Positions 50,297-58,447 of a DNA stretch of 64,000 nt are shown here, in pieces. The stretch lies in the IMG/VR virus record IMGVR_UViG_3300050016_000310. One strand, written 5' to 3'. The stretch comes from a virus. The position numbers were made by a program, and so were the translations under genes. The notes under the pieces are model-generated. The model searched no databases. It worked only from the letters and a program-made list of their open reading frames with translations, and was not told the DNA's origin. Numbering within the stretch: the first letter of the stretch is position 1; every line of letters begins with the position of its first letter.

Positions 50297-50383
50297 TCAT
50301 ATCGATGGAATTTTCATAAAGTAAATAATACGTTTGGAATGGGCTAGGACTTGCTCCAGATGCGGGTACTTCGGTTCAGTCAT
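50297..50383 (-). CDS. 28-aa mini-ORF (or gene remnant) carrying the YPHLEQVLA motif
   Basis: Manual translation MTEPKYPHLEQVLAHSKRIIYFMKIPSI; AAGGA RBS. Confidence 0.45.
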   Translation of the reverse strand: MTEPKYPHLEQVLAHSKRIIYFMKIPSI

Positions 50384-50744
50384 CGGTTCCTTCTTTCGTC
50401 ACTCCCCTTACCCCAGGTCGGCGCCCCGCGCCAAGACAGTCCACCCCACGACAGCCTCTCATACTATAGTAGATGTGTCAACTATTATCTTTCCCCGTGT
50501 CAAGTGAACTTGACCCGCTCCGCTATGTCTTTTTTAGACATACGATTTCCCGATCTCCGCACCTGAGTTTTTGGTAAAGACTCCGCATGCCCAAACTCAA
50601 AAGCTTGACCGACGGCTTAGATCTTTCGAAGGTTCCGTTTCGCCTGGAACTGAAGCTCTACCGGGCGGGGGAAGGGAACGAGTATCCCGCGACCGTTTAC
50701 CAATGCGTGCGCAGTCGGAGGAATGAACGCGCAGGAAGTCCGCG

Positions 50745-50954
50745 ATGGCTGCGAGTCCTATGAAAGGTTTCACGCTCACGCAGGAGATCGGGATCGGCAG
50801 CCAAAACCCGAGCAGCGCATTCGCCACCCTCATCGACTGGGAACGGTTGCGTCGCGAGCACCCGGGCAAGTCAGACCAGGAGATCCAAGCCTGGATCGAA
50901 GCCCTGATAGACGAAGGGAATGCGGAAGCGGAAGCCAGGTTATCTCTCAGGTAG
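50745..50954 (+). CDS. Hypothetical protein
   Basis: 69 aa. Confidence 0.5.
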   Translation: MAASPMKGFTLTQEIGIGSQNPSSAFATLIDWERLRREHPGKSDQEIQAWIEALIDEGNAEAEARLSLR

Positions 50955-51019
50955 GAACCGTTCGGTTCCCACTCCCCCCTCCAACTCAATCCCACCCCAC
51001 ACAACCGAAAGGTCCCCCC

Positions 51020-51760
51020 ATGTCTAAACCAGCCCGCACGGGCCGCGTCCGCTTGACCCTCGACTACCTGGATACCGGAGCGCATTACACCCGCCAGTAC
51101 GACGGCTCCGACTTCAACTTCTCCCGCTCGGGCCAACACCTGTACCGAGAGTCTGACCCGACCGGTGGACCCTTCTCCTACCTGCCAGGAGAAGCGTTGC
51201 GGGCCACCTACCACTTCTGGACCGCACCCCACACGTCCAAGGATTCCCCCGAGCCCCCCGCCCGTCTACCTACTCATCACCGATCCGGTTGCCGACCAGA
51301 TCGCCGCCATCCCGATGGACGAAGCGGGAGGCTACCTCCCCGAACAGTTCGCCCAGATCCGAAAGCTCTGCCAGGATGCCACACCCTTGCGCGAGCACGC
51401 CCCCGTCCTGACCACCCACTCATGTCAGATCAACCTGGAGAATCCATCCCCCGATCCCCGTGAGCCCGACTGGATCATCAGCCGCATCCAATCCCTCGCG
51501 ATCAAAGCCTCACCTCAGTGGATAGCGATGCGTTCTGGACCGTCTCGGCTATCCAGTACGATCCGGATAAGAAGCTGAATGTGATGCTGGAGTTCTACCT
51601 GATCGGCATCGACTTCCAGGCACCGACTGAGGGACGCCCGGCCTGGGAGTTCCAACAGAACATCACCGTCCGGCTCAAGCAAGAATCGGAGATCCCCTAC
51701 GGCTTCTACTGGGACGACAAGCGCGGCCGGGTGGATGTGCGCAGCCTACCGCAGCTCTAG
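51020..51760 (+). pseudogene. Apparently frameshifted region containing a paralogue of 41927-42271
   Basis: Paralogue similarity is split between frames at ~51515; probable earlier shift at C-tracts 51246-51259. Confidence 0.5.
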
Positions 51761-52221
51761 CGGGCCAGGCCGAGAAGCTTGGCCAGCTCGAACCCCCGGC
51801 GGGAGATCGTCCCGCGCGGAGTCTGGATGGCCCCCCGGAAGAATGCCGCGTGACGACCTCGCTCCCATGCGCCTGGGCACCAACGCTTACCAAACTGCCG
51901 CCACGTCCAGTCCAACACCTGATGGTACGGGGGAGACCACACAGTCCCTTGCGTCAGCGGCTGCACCAGATACCAATGCGTCTCCCCCCGAATCTTTACA
52001 TAGTAGGGCTCGGCAGTCAGGTATACATAGTGGTAGAGAACCTCCGACAGCAGGTAGCAGAAGCCGGTCGTGGGGTTCCGCCGGGACCAGCGGGATCGCC
52101 AAGGCTCACGCAGCAGGCCCGGCCCCACCGCACACAGACGGATTAGGAGATCGTTGGGCCGAAGGAACTGGGGCACCCTGAGCTGGGGAGGAGGAATGAG
52201 AGGACGCTGGAAGAGACTCAT
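51757..52221 (-). CDS. Conserved phage hypothetical protein
   Basis: NPTTGFCYLLSEVLYH...ETHWYL. Confidence 0.6.
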   Translation of the reverse strand: MSLFQRPLIPPPQLRVPQFLRPNDLLIRLCAVGPGLLREPWRSRWSRRNPTTGFCYLLSEVLYHYVYLTAEPYYVKIRGETHWYLVQPLTQGTVWSPPYHQVLDWTWRQFGKRWCPGAWERGRHAAFFRGAIQTPRGTISRRGFELAKLLGLAR

Positions 52222-52520
52222 GACTTCTCCGTTCTAAATCCCGGGGGGATCTGACCCCCGTTGTACGTGCTGAACTCCTTCACCAGCTCCTCGACCTCGG
52301 CCGTGTAGCTGCGCAGGCTCCTGCGCCTGCTGCGTGCTTCCCAGTAGAACCGGCTACCCCTGCGGTCGAACCAGAACCGCAAGCTCCCATCCCGGTTCGC
52401 CCGGCCGTAGAACGAATAGTGTTCCGAGATCGTGATGCCTACGTCCCCGGATGTCACGCCGTTCACCGTGATGCCTCTGGCCTTGAGTGCTTGAGCGATC
52501 TGTTTTGGGAGTGCGATCAT
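52218..52520 (-). CDS. Hypothetical protein
   Basis: ATGA-coupled operon. Confidence 0.6.
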   Translation of the reverse strand: MIALPKQIAQALKARGITVNGVTSGDVGITISEHYSFYGRANRDGSLRFWFDRRGSRFYWEARSRRRSLRSYTAEVEELVKEFSTYNGGQIPPGFRTEKS

Positions 52521-52909
52521 AACTTCTCCTTCTCCTCGCGGATCTCCGCCAGCTCCTTCGGGTTCAAGATCTCTCCACCCAGACAGTAGGCCCAGTCGGC
52601 CGAGCGTAGCTCCTCCTCGATCGCCTCCAAAGCAATCCAGATCGGGAAGTCATGGCGATCCCGGTTGATGCGATCCCAGTTGATATCCAACTGCTTCCCA
52701 TTCACCAGGAGAAAGGCCGAGCCCATGCCCTCGAAGATCTTGATCTCATGCCGGTGCAGCTTAAACCGGGACAATACCTGACGGAAGTGTACCGGGTACT
52801 TGGCGGCGTACCGCTCGCACACGGCTGTCTTCGCCGCGTCCATCGCGTTCTGGAACTGGGCTTCGAGCTTCTCGTTACGGGGGGCCTTCCGCTTGTTAGG
52901 CTTCCTCAT
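52517..52909 (-). CDS. Hypothetical protein
   Basis: ATGA-coupled operon. Confidence 0.6.
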   Translation of the reverse strand: MRKPNKRKAPRNEKLEAQFQNAMDAAKTAVCERYAAKYPVHFRQVLSRFKLHRHEIKIFEGMGSAFLLVNGKQLDINWDRINRDRHDFPIWIALEAIEEELRSADWAYCLGGEILNPKELAEIREEKEKL

Positions 52910-53241
52910 GGCTTCCTCATCCTCTCCCCTCCCAGCGGGCCTTCGAGTAGCTGGGTCAGGTAGTCTTGTTTAGTCAGGCCGGGATACTGGGCGAGCTGCT
53001 CTTGGAGGAGACCTTCCAGTCGGGGGGAGAGGTTGAGCTGGAAGGCTTCGAGGGATTCGGGCGCGGTCGGGACACGGGGGATGAAGCGGTTCTCCAACGC
53101 CTGAACGAGGAGCATCCGGTAGGTCTCCGAGCGGGTCATGCCCCACTGGTTGGCCGTGGCCTGAAGCATCTTCTGCTGAGCCGTGTTGAGCTTCAGCTGG
53201 TTCGAGACGTTCCGCTTGGCAGGATTCCGAGGCCGACTCAT
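52906..53241 (-). CDS. Putative tandem ribbon-helix-helix regulator
   Basis: QLKLNTAQQKML...WGMTRSETYR and QLNLSPRL...TKQDYL. Confidence 0.55.
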   Translation of the reverse strand: MSRPRNPAKRNVSNQLKLNTAQQKMLQATANQWGMTRSETYRMLLVQALENRFIPRVPTAPESLEAFQLNLSPRLEGLLQEQLAQYPGLTKQDYLTQLLEGPLGGERMRKP

Positions 53242-53663
53242 GACGCCGCCTTCCGGGGAACAACGGGGGTCTTGTGCTCGGGCTTGATCTCGATGATCTG
53301 GATGTCCATGTGGCGGGAAACATCCCAGCCAGAGGTCAGCTTCTGCGCCAGCTTGAGACTGCCCGCATAACCGATCAAACCCCGAGGGCGGGCGAGCGCC
53401 AACAGGGCCTGGGCCGGAGGAACGGCGAGCCGGGCTTCCAGATCGGCGATCCACTTGGGGTAGTCGTGGCGGGGATCCGGGCTCTTCGCCAGCTCCGCCC
53501 GGTGCTGGGCCAGACTGTTCTGCAAGGCCGTGACGGTCTCGGCATGGAGCTTGGTGATCTCTGCCGCCTTCAAGGAGCCCGCCACCACCACGTGCGTGTA
53601 CTCCCGGTGGGACGTGCGGGTCTCGGTTCCGTAGGGCGTCGGGATCGCGTATTTGATCTTCAT
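53238..53663 (-). CDS. Hypothetical protein
   Basis: 141 aa, TGAGG RBS. Confidence 0.65.
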   Translation of the reverse strand: MKIKYAIPTPYGTETRTSHREYTHVVVAGSLKAAEITKLHAETVTALQNSLAQHRAELAKSPDPRHDYPKWIADLEARLAVPPAQALLALARPRGLIGYAGSLKLAQKLTSGWDVSRHMDIQIIEIKPEHKTPVVPRKAAS

Positions 53664-53716
53664 ACCTCAATCCTATCTTATAAGTAGAATTAGGTCTAGT
53701 TGTGTCAGGATTGACC

Positions 53717-54502
53717 TCAGGCTTTGCGGGCCGGGACGCCCGTGATCTCTTCCAGGGGAAGCTGGATGAGCTTCTTGTCCTCGCCCTTGCCCGTGGTCTT
53801 GGCGAACAGGGTCTTGCCGATTTCCTTTTCCTTCGCCACATACGCGGCGTAGAGTTCCGGGTTGAGCTGAGCGGCGGCCGTCAGATCCGCCCGGTTGCCC
53901 ATGATACAGAACACACAGCTGAGCCGGGAGACGTGGGCATAGGCCCAGTGGAGCTGCTGGCCTGCCTTCTTGACCGACAGGATCACGTCGTCCTTCGTCC
54001 AGGTGAAGATCGGGAGCCAGTCGTACCACTCACGGCCCGCCTTCGAGTTGCGCTCGTTCTTCTTGAAAGGCGTCGCCTTGGCCCGGATGCAGGACTCCTG
54101 CGCCCGAAGTCCCATGCAGTTCACGACCAGGCCGGAGAGCGCGTGCTCCTTGATCCAGTGACGGATCGCCTTCTCGATCGGGCCGCGCTTCAGGTCGGAC
54201 GTGCATTGGCGGTACTGAGGGGAGGGCCAGTTCTGCCGCGAGTCCACCATCTCCATGAACGTCTTGGTCGCCCGCACGGTCACGAACGGAAGGCCCGCCG
54301 AGATGTCCCGGGCGTGTTCCAGTGTGCCCTGCCACTCGACACCCGGCAGCTCCGCGTGGATCACCATCAGCTGGGCGGCCGGGACCAGGGCCTTCAGGAA
54401 GAGCAGCATCGCCTGGCTGTCCTTGCCACCCGAGTTGTTGGCCACGAAGAGAGCGCCGCGAGCGATCAGATCCAGGATCTCTTGGGGGGTTGAAGTGTTC
54501 AT
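53717..54502 (-). CDS. PAPS-reductase-family protein (second copy)
   Basis: NNSGGKDS, CTSDLKRGP, GLRAQES, RLSCVFC. Confidence 0.85.
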   Translation of the reverse strand: MNTSTPQEILDLIARGALFVANNSGGKDSQAMLLFLKALVPAAQLMVIHAELPGVEWQGTLEHARDISAGLPFVTVRATKTFMEMVDSRQNWPSPQYRQCTSDLKRGPIEKAIRHWIKEHALSGLVVNCMGLRAQESCIRAKATPFKKNERNSKAGREWYDWLPIFTWTKDDVILSVKKAGQQLHWAYAHVSRLSCVFCIMGNRADLTAAAQLNPELYAAYVAKEKEIGKTLFAKTTGKGEDKKLIQLPLEEITGVPARKA

Positions 54503-54645
54503 ACTTAAAGCTTCTCATAGTAGACCGGCCCGGTCAACTATATAAAGGAAGGGGGTGTCACGCCAGACCCCCGCTGCATAATTATACGTATATGCATGCA
54601 TAAGATCTGTGGAAGCCCATACGTATAATACGTATGGGCTGCGCG

Positions 54646-54819
54646 TCACCGATGCCGCCACAGCCCCCAGGCGAGCGGGACGCCGATCAAGAGGACCATG
54701 GCGAGCCAGCGGATCCAGTCGGTCTTGGCCGCCTCGATCGCCTGGCGTTCCGCTTCCTCCGGAGTGCAGCCCAGGTAGGGGCCGTGCTCGATGATGCGGG
54801 AGTAGGAGCCCCGGTTCAT
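54646..54819 (-). CDS. Small membrane protein (57 aa)
   Basis: Manual translation MNRGSYSR...WLAMVLLIGVPLAWGLWRHR. Confidence 0.55.
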   Translation of the reverse strand: MNRGSYSRIIEHGPYLGCTPEEAERQAIEAAKTDWIRWLAMVLLIGVPLAWGLWRHR

Positions 54820-55190
54820 GCCAGCCCCAGCGCAGCCTGGATCTCCGCGACCGCATCCCGCTTGGCCTGCATCCGAAGCTTGTATCCCATAAGCAATTCC
54901 TCCAGCCCCGCCTTCGGAGACCTTGCGCTCTTCACCCAGAACTGATTCCCGTAGGTCAGATCATAGGTACGATCCTCCCGCTGGCGGATGTCGATCGCCC
55001 CGTACGTGACCTTCCAGTACCAGTCACCGTTCTCCCACACGTCGGCCTCGAAGCCCGGGCCCAACCGCTTGGCCAGCGTGACCGCCTTCTTCACCGCCAG
55101 CTCGTAGTCCTTCCGCTTGCACCCGAACCCGCAGGCCGGGGAACAGAACACGGCCCCCCGACGGATCGGCCTCCAACTCAGGCTGCTCAT
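54816..55190 (-). CDS. Hypothetical protein
   Basis: CSPACGFGC motif; ATGA-coupled. Confidence 0.65.
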   Translation of the reverse strand: MSSLSWRPIRRGAVFCSPACGFGCKRKDYELAVKKAVTLAKRLGPGFEADVWENGDWYWKVTYGAIDIRQREDRTYDLTYGNQFWVKSARSPKAGLEELLMGYKLRMQAKRDAVAEIQAALGLA

Positions 55191-55588
55191 ACGCTGTCAC
55201 CATTCCCCACCAGATGAGTCCGGCCCGCAGGCCAACCCTTCCCCTCAACGGGAGTAGGCCGGTTCACCGTGGGCGGGAATGTGTGGCGGGTGATCGCGTT
55301 CTCCTTCCCGAAGCGCGGCTCCGCCCGGGAGTTGAGCCCGAGCCGCTTCGCCTCCTGGGCGATCAGCTTGCCCATCTCGCACGCGGCCGTCTTCGGGTTC
55401 CCGTACAGCTCATAGAAAGGGACCAGCTCCTCCGGCCACACCGTCCCGCACATCGCCGGGTCGGACAGGATGAAGCTCGCCACCTCCACCAGATTCCGCA
55501 TCCCCTCGATCCGCTTCACCACCCAGGCCCGCGTCAGCTCTCGCACCGCCTCCCGAGACAACTCCACCGTCACTCGATCCTTTGCCAT
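55187..55588 (-). CDS. Hypothetical protein
   Basis: GGAGGA RBS; first gene of the leftward operon. Confidence 0.65.
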   Translation of the reverse strand: MAKDRVTVELSREAVRELTRAWVVKRIEGMRNLVEVASFILSDPAMCGTVWPEELVPFYELYGNPKTAACEMGKLIAQEAKRLGLNSRAEPRFGKENAITRHTFPPTVNRPTPVEGKGWPAGRTHLVGNGDSV

Positions 55589-56102
55589 ACTCCATCCTCC
55601 AGGCCCCCGCTTCTAGCCGGGAGCAAGGTGGATGACAAGGTGTTTGTTTTTGGGCCTGCAACCCTGCCCAGCCCTTGAGGATTTCCTGGGTGTGGTTCCC
55701 AGGACCAGAACAACCGGGGCCCGCCGGAACCCCGGACTCCCCCAATACAGGATCTCAAACCCTAGTGAACGTGTCAACTACTATCTTTCTTGGGGGTGTC
55801 GGATAAGACACGGCTTTCCCTCCCAGGTGTCAAATCCACTGGACACTGGATACCCGGCTGATCCCCAGCCCCCTTACGGATCAGTATACTGATCCGTTCC
55901 ACGGGGAACCTCCGCCCGCTTCCCCGATCCCCCTGTCAGATTCCTGTCTAATTCCCGTCCAACCCTACGACACCACAGACGATCTGGCAGCCCCTGATCT
56001 CCTACATCCGGTTCCCCGCTTACCCCTCCCAACCCCTGAGATCCCCTGTGGAAGGTGTGTATTACTAGACTCATTGTATACAGTATTAAGAGGTGAGATG
56101 AT

Positions 56103-56294
56103 TTGGGTATGAAGAAACCAAACCGCTCCCAGCTGACCTACCTGATCGAGAGCCTCAACCGGTGCCTGGCCGACGCCCGCTATCACCGCCAGCAGGCCAA
56201 GAAGCCAGGCCGCCTCATCAACGACGCGGGCCTGGCCCGGGCGTTCACCCAGCACGCCGCCAAACTCGCGGCCCAGATCAAGGCCCTCTCATGA
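56103..56294 (+). CDS. Hypothetical small protein
   Basis: ATGA-coupled to the recombinase. Confidence 0.55.
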   Translation: MGMKKPNRSQLTYLIESLNRCLADARYHRQQAKKPGRLINDAGLARAFTQHAAKLAAQIKALS

Positions 56295-56902
56295 AACACC
56301 TCACCCTCACGATCCTCCGCAAGTCGGGCCAACGCCGCCCAATCACTCTCCTCGATCCCCTGAAGATCGAACAGGCGTTCGCCGCCATCCAGGCCGCGCC
56401 CGAGAGCCTGGAGATCCGGACGTTCCTCGCAGTGGCCCTATCGGGCGGCTGCCGGATCTCGGAGGCGCTCGCGCTCCGGCCGCGAGATCTGGATCTCGCG
56501 GCCGGGACCTTCCAGGTGAAAGTCCTGAAGAAGCGCCGGTCCTACACCTCCCGCCACACCGGGAAGGAACTCGCTTGCACCCAGGTCCTCCGCACCGCCG
56601 GGCTTCATCCGGTGGCGATCCAACTTCTTCAAGAGTTGACCAGCCTTACCAAGCCCAAGCACTTCGAACATCTGTTCAAAGTCTCCAACTCCACGATCGA
56701 TCGGGCCATCGCCCGGCTGCTGGGTGAATCAGCGTGCGCTCATTCGCTGCGCCACTCCCATATTTCCTGGCAGGCCCACGTGCTGGGGCGCAGTGAGATG
56801 GAAGTGATGGAGTCGATGGAGATCTCGCGCTCCGCCCTCCCGACTTACTTCCACGTCGAAAAGACTCGCTACGCCCAGAACCTCTATCGCCGGTCCGAAT
56901 GA
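56291..56902 (+). CDS. Minimal tyrosine recombinase (catalytic domain only)
   Basis: GCRISEALAL (R), KVLKK (K), HSLRHSH (HxxR), LPTYFH (Y). Confidence 0.85.
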   Translation: MKHLTLTILRKSGQRRPITLLDPLKIEQAFAAIQAAPESLEIRTFLAVALSGGCRISEALALRPRDLDLAAGTFQVKVLKKRRSYTSRHTGKELACTQVLRTAGLHPVAIQLLQELTSLTKPKHFEHLFKVSNSTIDRAIARLLGESACAHSLRHSHISWQAHVLGRSEMEVMESMEISRSALPTYFHVEKTRYAQNLYRRSE

Positions 56903-56927
56903 GAACCCCCTCGGTTATTCTTTCCGT

Positions 56928-57101
56928 ATGGGTATCCGCGTCATAACCATCCTGCTTCTGGTGTTCCTGCCCGCCTGCGCCGGGCTCCGCGTCGCGACCT
57001 GCCGGTGTGACCAAACATTAGACCGAAAGCTGTTCCACGAGCGCGGCCGGGATTGCGACGACGCCTGCGTGACGGCGGGAGAACGACTCCCCACCCCTTA
57101 G
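56928..57101 (+). CDS. Small Cys-rich lipoprotein
   Basis: MGIRVITILLLVFLPAC lipobox. Confidence 0.5.
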   Translation: MGIRVITILLLVFLPACAGLRVATCRCDQTLDRKLFHERGRDCDDACVTAGERLPTP

Positions 57102-57136
57102 CCCAACTAAATCGTTAGTTGGGCTAAGGGGTGGGG
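57089..57136. repeat. Perfect 22-bp inverted repeat with 4-nt centre
   Basis: CCCCACCCCTTAGCCCAACTAA-ATCG-TTAGTTGGGCTAAGGGGTGGGG. Confidence 0.95.
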
Positions 57137-57184
57137 CTCACCAGCCCCCCGGTTGCGCCTCACTTCGTGCGGCGCAATAGCTTC

Positions 57185-57267
57185 TCTATTCTAAACGCCC
57201 GTCCTCCCCCACCCAACTCCCGGCACGCCTAAGGGAATCCCCCGAGCCGGATCTATTCTAAACGCCC
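57185..57267. repeat. 16-bp direct repeat, two copies
   Basis: TCTATTCTAAACGCCC at 57185 and 57252. Confidence 0.9.
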
Positions 57268-57374
57268 CGTTTCTTTTCGATAGCGAGGGAACGGCTTTCA
57301 AGTTAGAGCTGGGGGGTCCGCAGGAAGCGGCTCATACTACTCCTCTCTCTCTCTCAAGGCCCGGCCGACGCAAG

Positions 57375-58313
57375 TCAGTCGGGCCTTTTCCCTTCCAACG
57401 CCGCCGCCACCACCGCCTCCGCCGGGATCTCATCCTCCGCGCCCAGCCGGATCTCCACGACCCGATAACCCAACGCCTCGGCCGCCGGATACTCCCGGGC
57501 CCGCTTCTCACTCCTCCGCCCATGACAGTCGAGGAGCAACTTCAACGACTCAATCCTGAACTGGTAAACTCGCCCCGCCACCGAAACGAATTGCTCAACC
57601 TTGAATCCTAACTGGGTGAGGGCGGCGACGGCCGCCCGGGTTCGGCCTTCGGACTTTGCTTCGAGGAAAAACTGGCGGGGCAATCCATTGGTGATCCGGC
57701 CATGCAGCAGGATGTTGAGCCGCGCGGTCCGGCGCCGCTCGGGCGTGATCGGGTTAACTCGCGACGCGCACGACTTCTTGCAATAGCCTCGGGCGCCCGG
57801 CTGTGCCACGTGGAACATCTCCAGACAGACCGGGCATTGCTTCTCGATTGGACGCGGAGCCGCTCGGGGGCGGAGCTTTCGGCGCCGGGGGGTACGGCGT
57901 TTGCGGGTACGCACCCGAACTCGCGCGGGCTTTGGGTGGCGTCGTTCGCTCCCGATCAGCCGTTGAGCACAAGCGCGGTCGCAGAAGAAGCGGGTCTGAC
58001 CTCGGCGCCGAGCTTGGCGATACCGCCAGTTCGGCAATTCGAACTCGCCGTGGCAAGTCGCGCAGCACACCGGACGAACAGGGCCTCTTCTTCTAAGGGG
58101 GGCTCGAAGTTTCATCAACCCAAAAATAAGACAGGGAATCTCGTAGCGCAAGAGTACCCATTTTAGTCGGGCATTCGGGCGGACCTCATTTCGATTAAAA
58201 TGGATTCCGGCGCGGGACTGCTCGGGCGGGAGAAGTTCCAGGGGGGAGGACCCCGCATTCCCCCTAAAACTCATGTTTGAGAAGTCTTCCGGCTTCGACC
58301 CCCCACCCCCCAT
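57375..58313 (-). CDS. Zinc-finger protein with degenerate DUF559/PD-(D/E)XK-like C-terminus (true start possibly 58115)
   Basis: CATC...FCDRAC, CPVC...YCKKSC; LGFKVEQFV...LLLDCHG...LGYRVVEI. Confidence 0.55.
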   Translation of the reverse strand: MGGGGSKPEDFSNMSFRGNAGSSPLELLPPEQSRAGIHFNRNEVRPNARLKWVLLRYEIPCLIFGLMKLRAPLRRRGPVRPVCCATCHGEFELPNWRYRQARRRGQTRFFCDRACAQRLIGSERRHPKPARVRVRTRKRRTPRRRKLRPRAAPRPIEKQCPVCLEMFHVAQPGARGYCKKSCASRVNPITPERRRTARLNILLHGRITNGLPRQFFLEAKSEGRTRAAVAALTQLGFKVEQFVSVAGRVYQFRIESLKLLLDCHGRRSEKRAREYPAAEALGYRVVEIRLGAEDEIPAEAVVAAALEGKRPD

Positions 58314-58447
58314 CCCCTCCAGCCTGTCTCATAAACAAATCCTCTCGACCCCTAATAAAAACAAAACAGTCGGGTAAGAATCATCTTGGGGAATAACCTG
58401 ACGTGGATCTCTTATCAGTACTGGACTCGTCAGCCTCTACGCGTTAA

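Noticed and set aside
56291-56902. Prophage integrase marking an integration boundary
   Set aside because: No host genes or att duplication on either side; both flanks are phage-like
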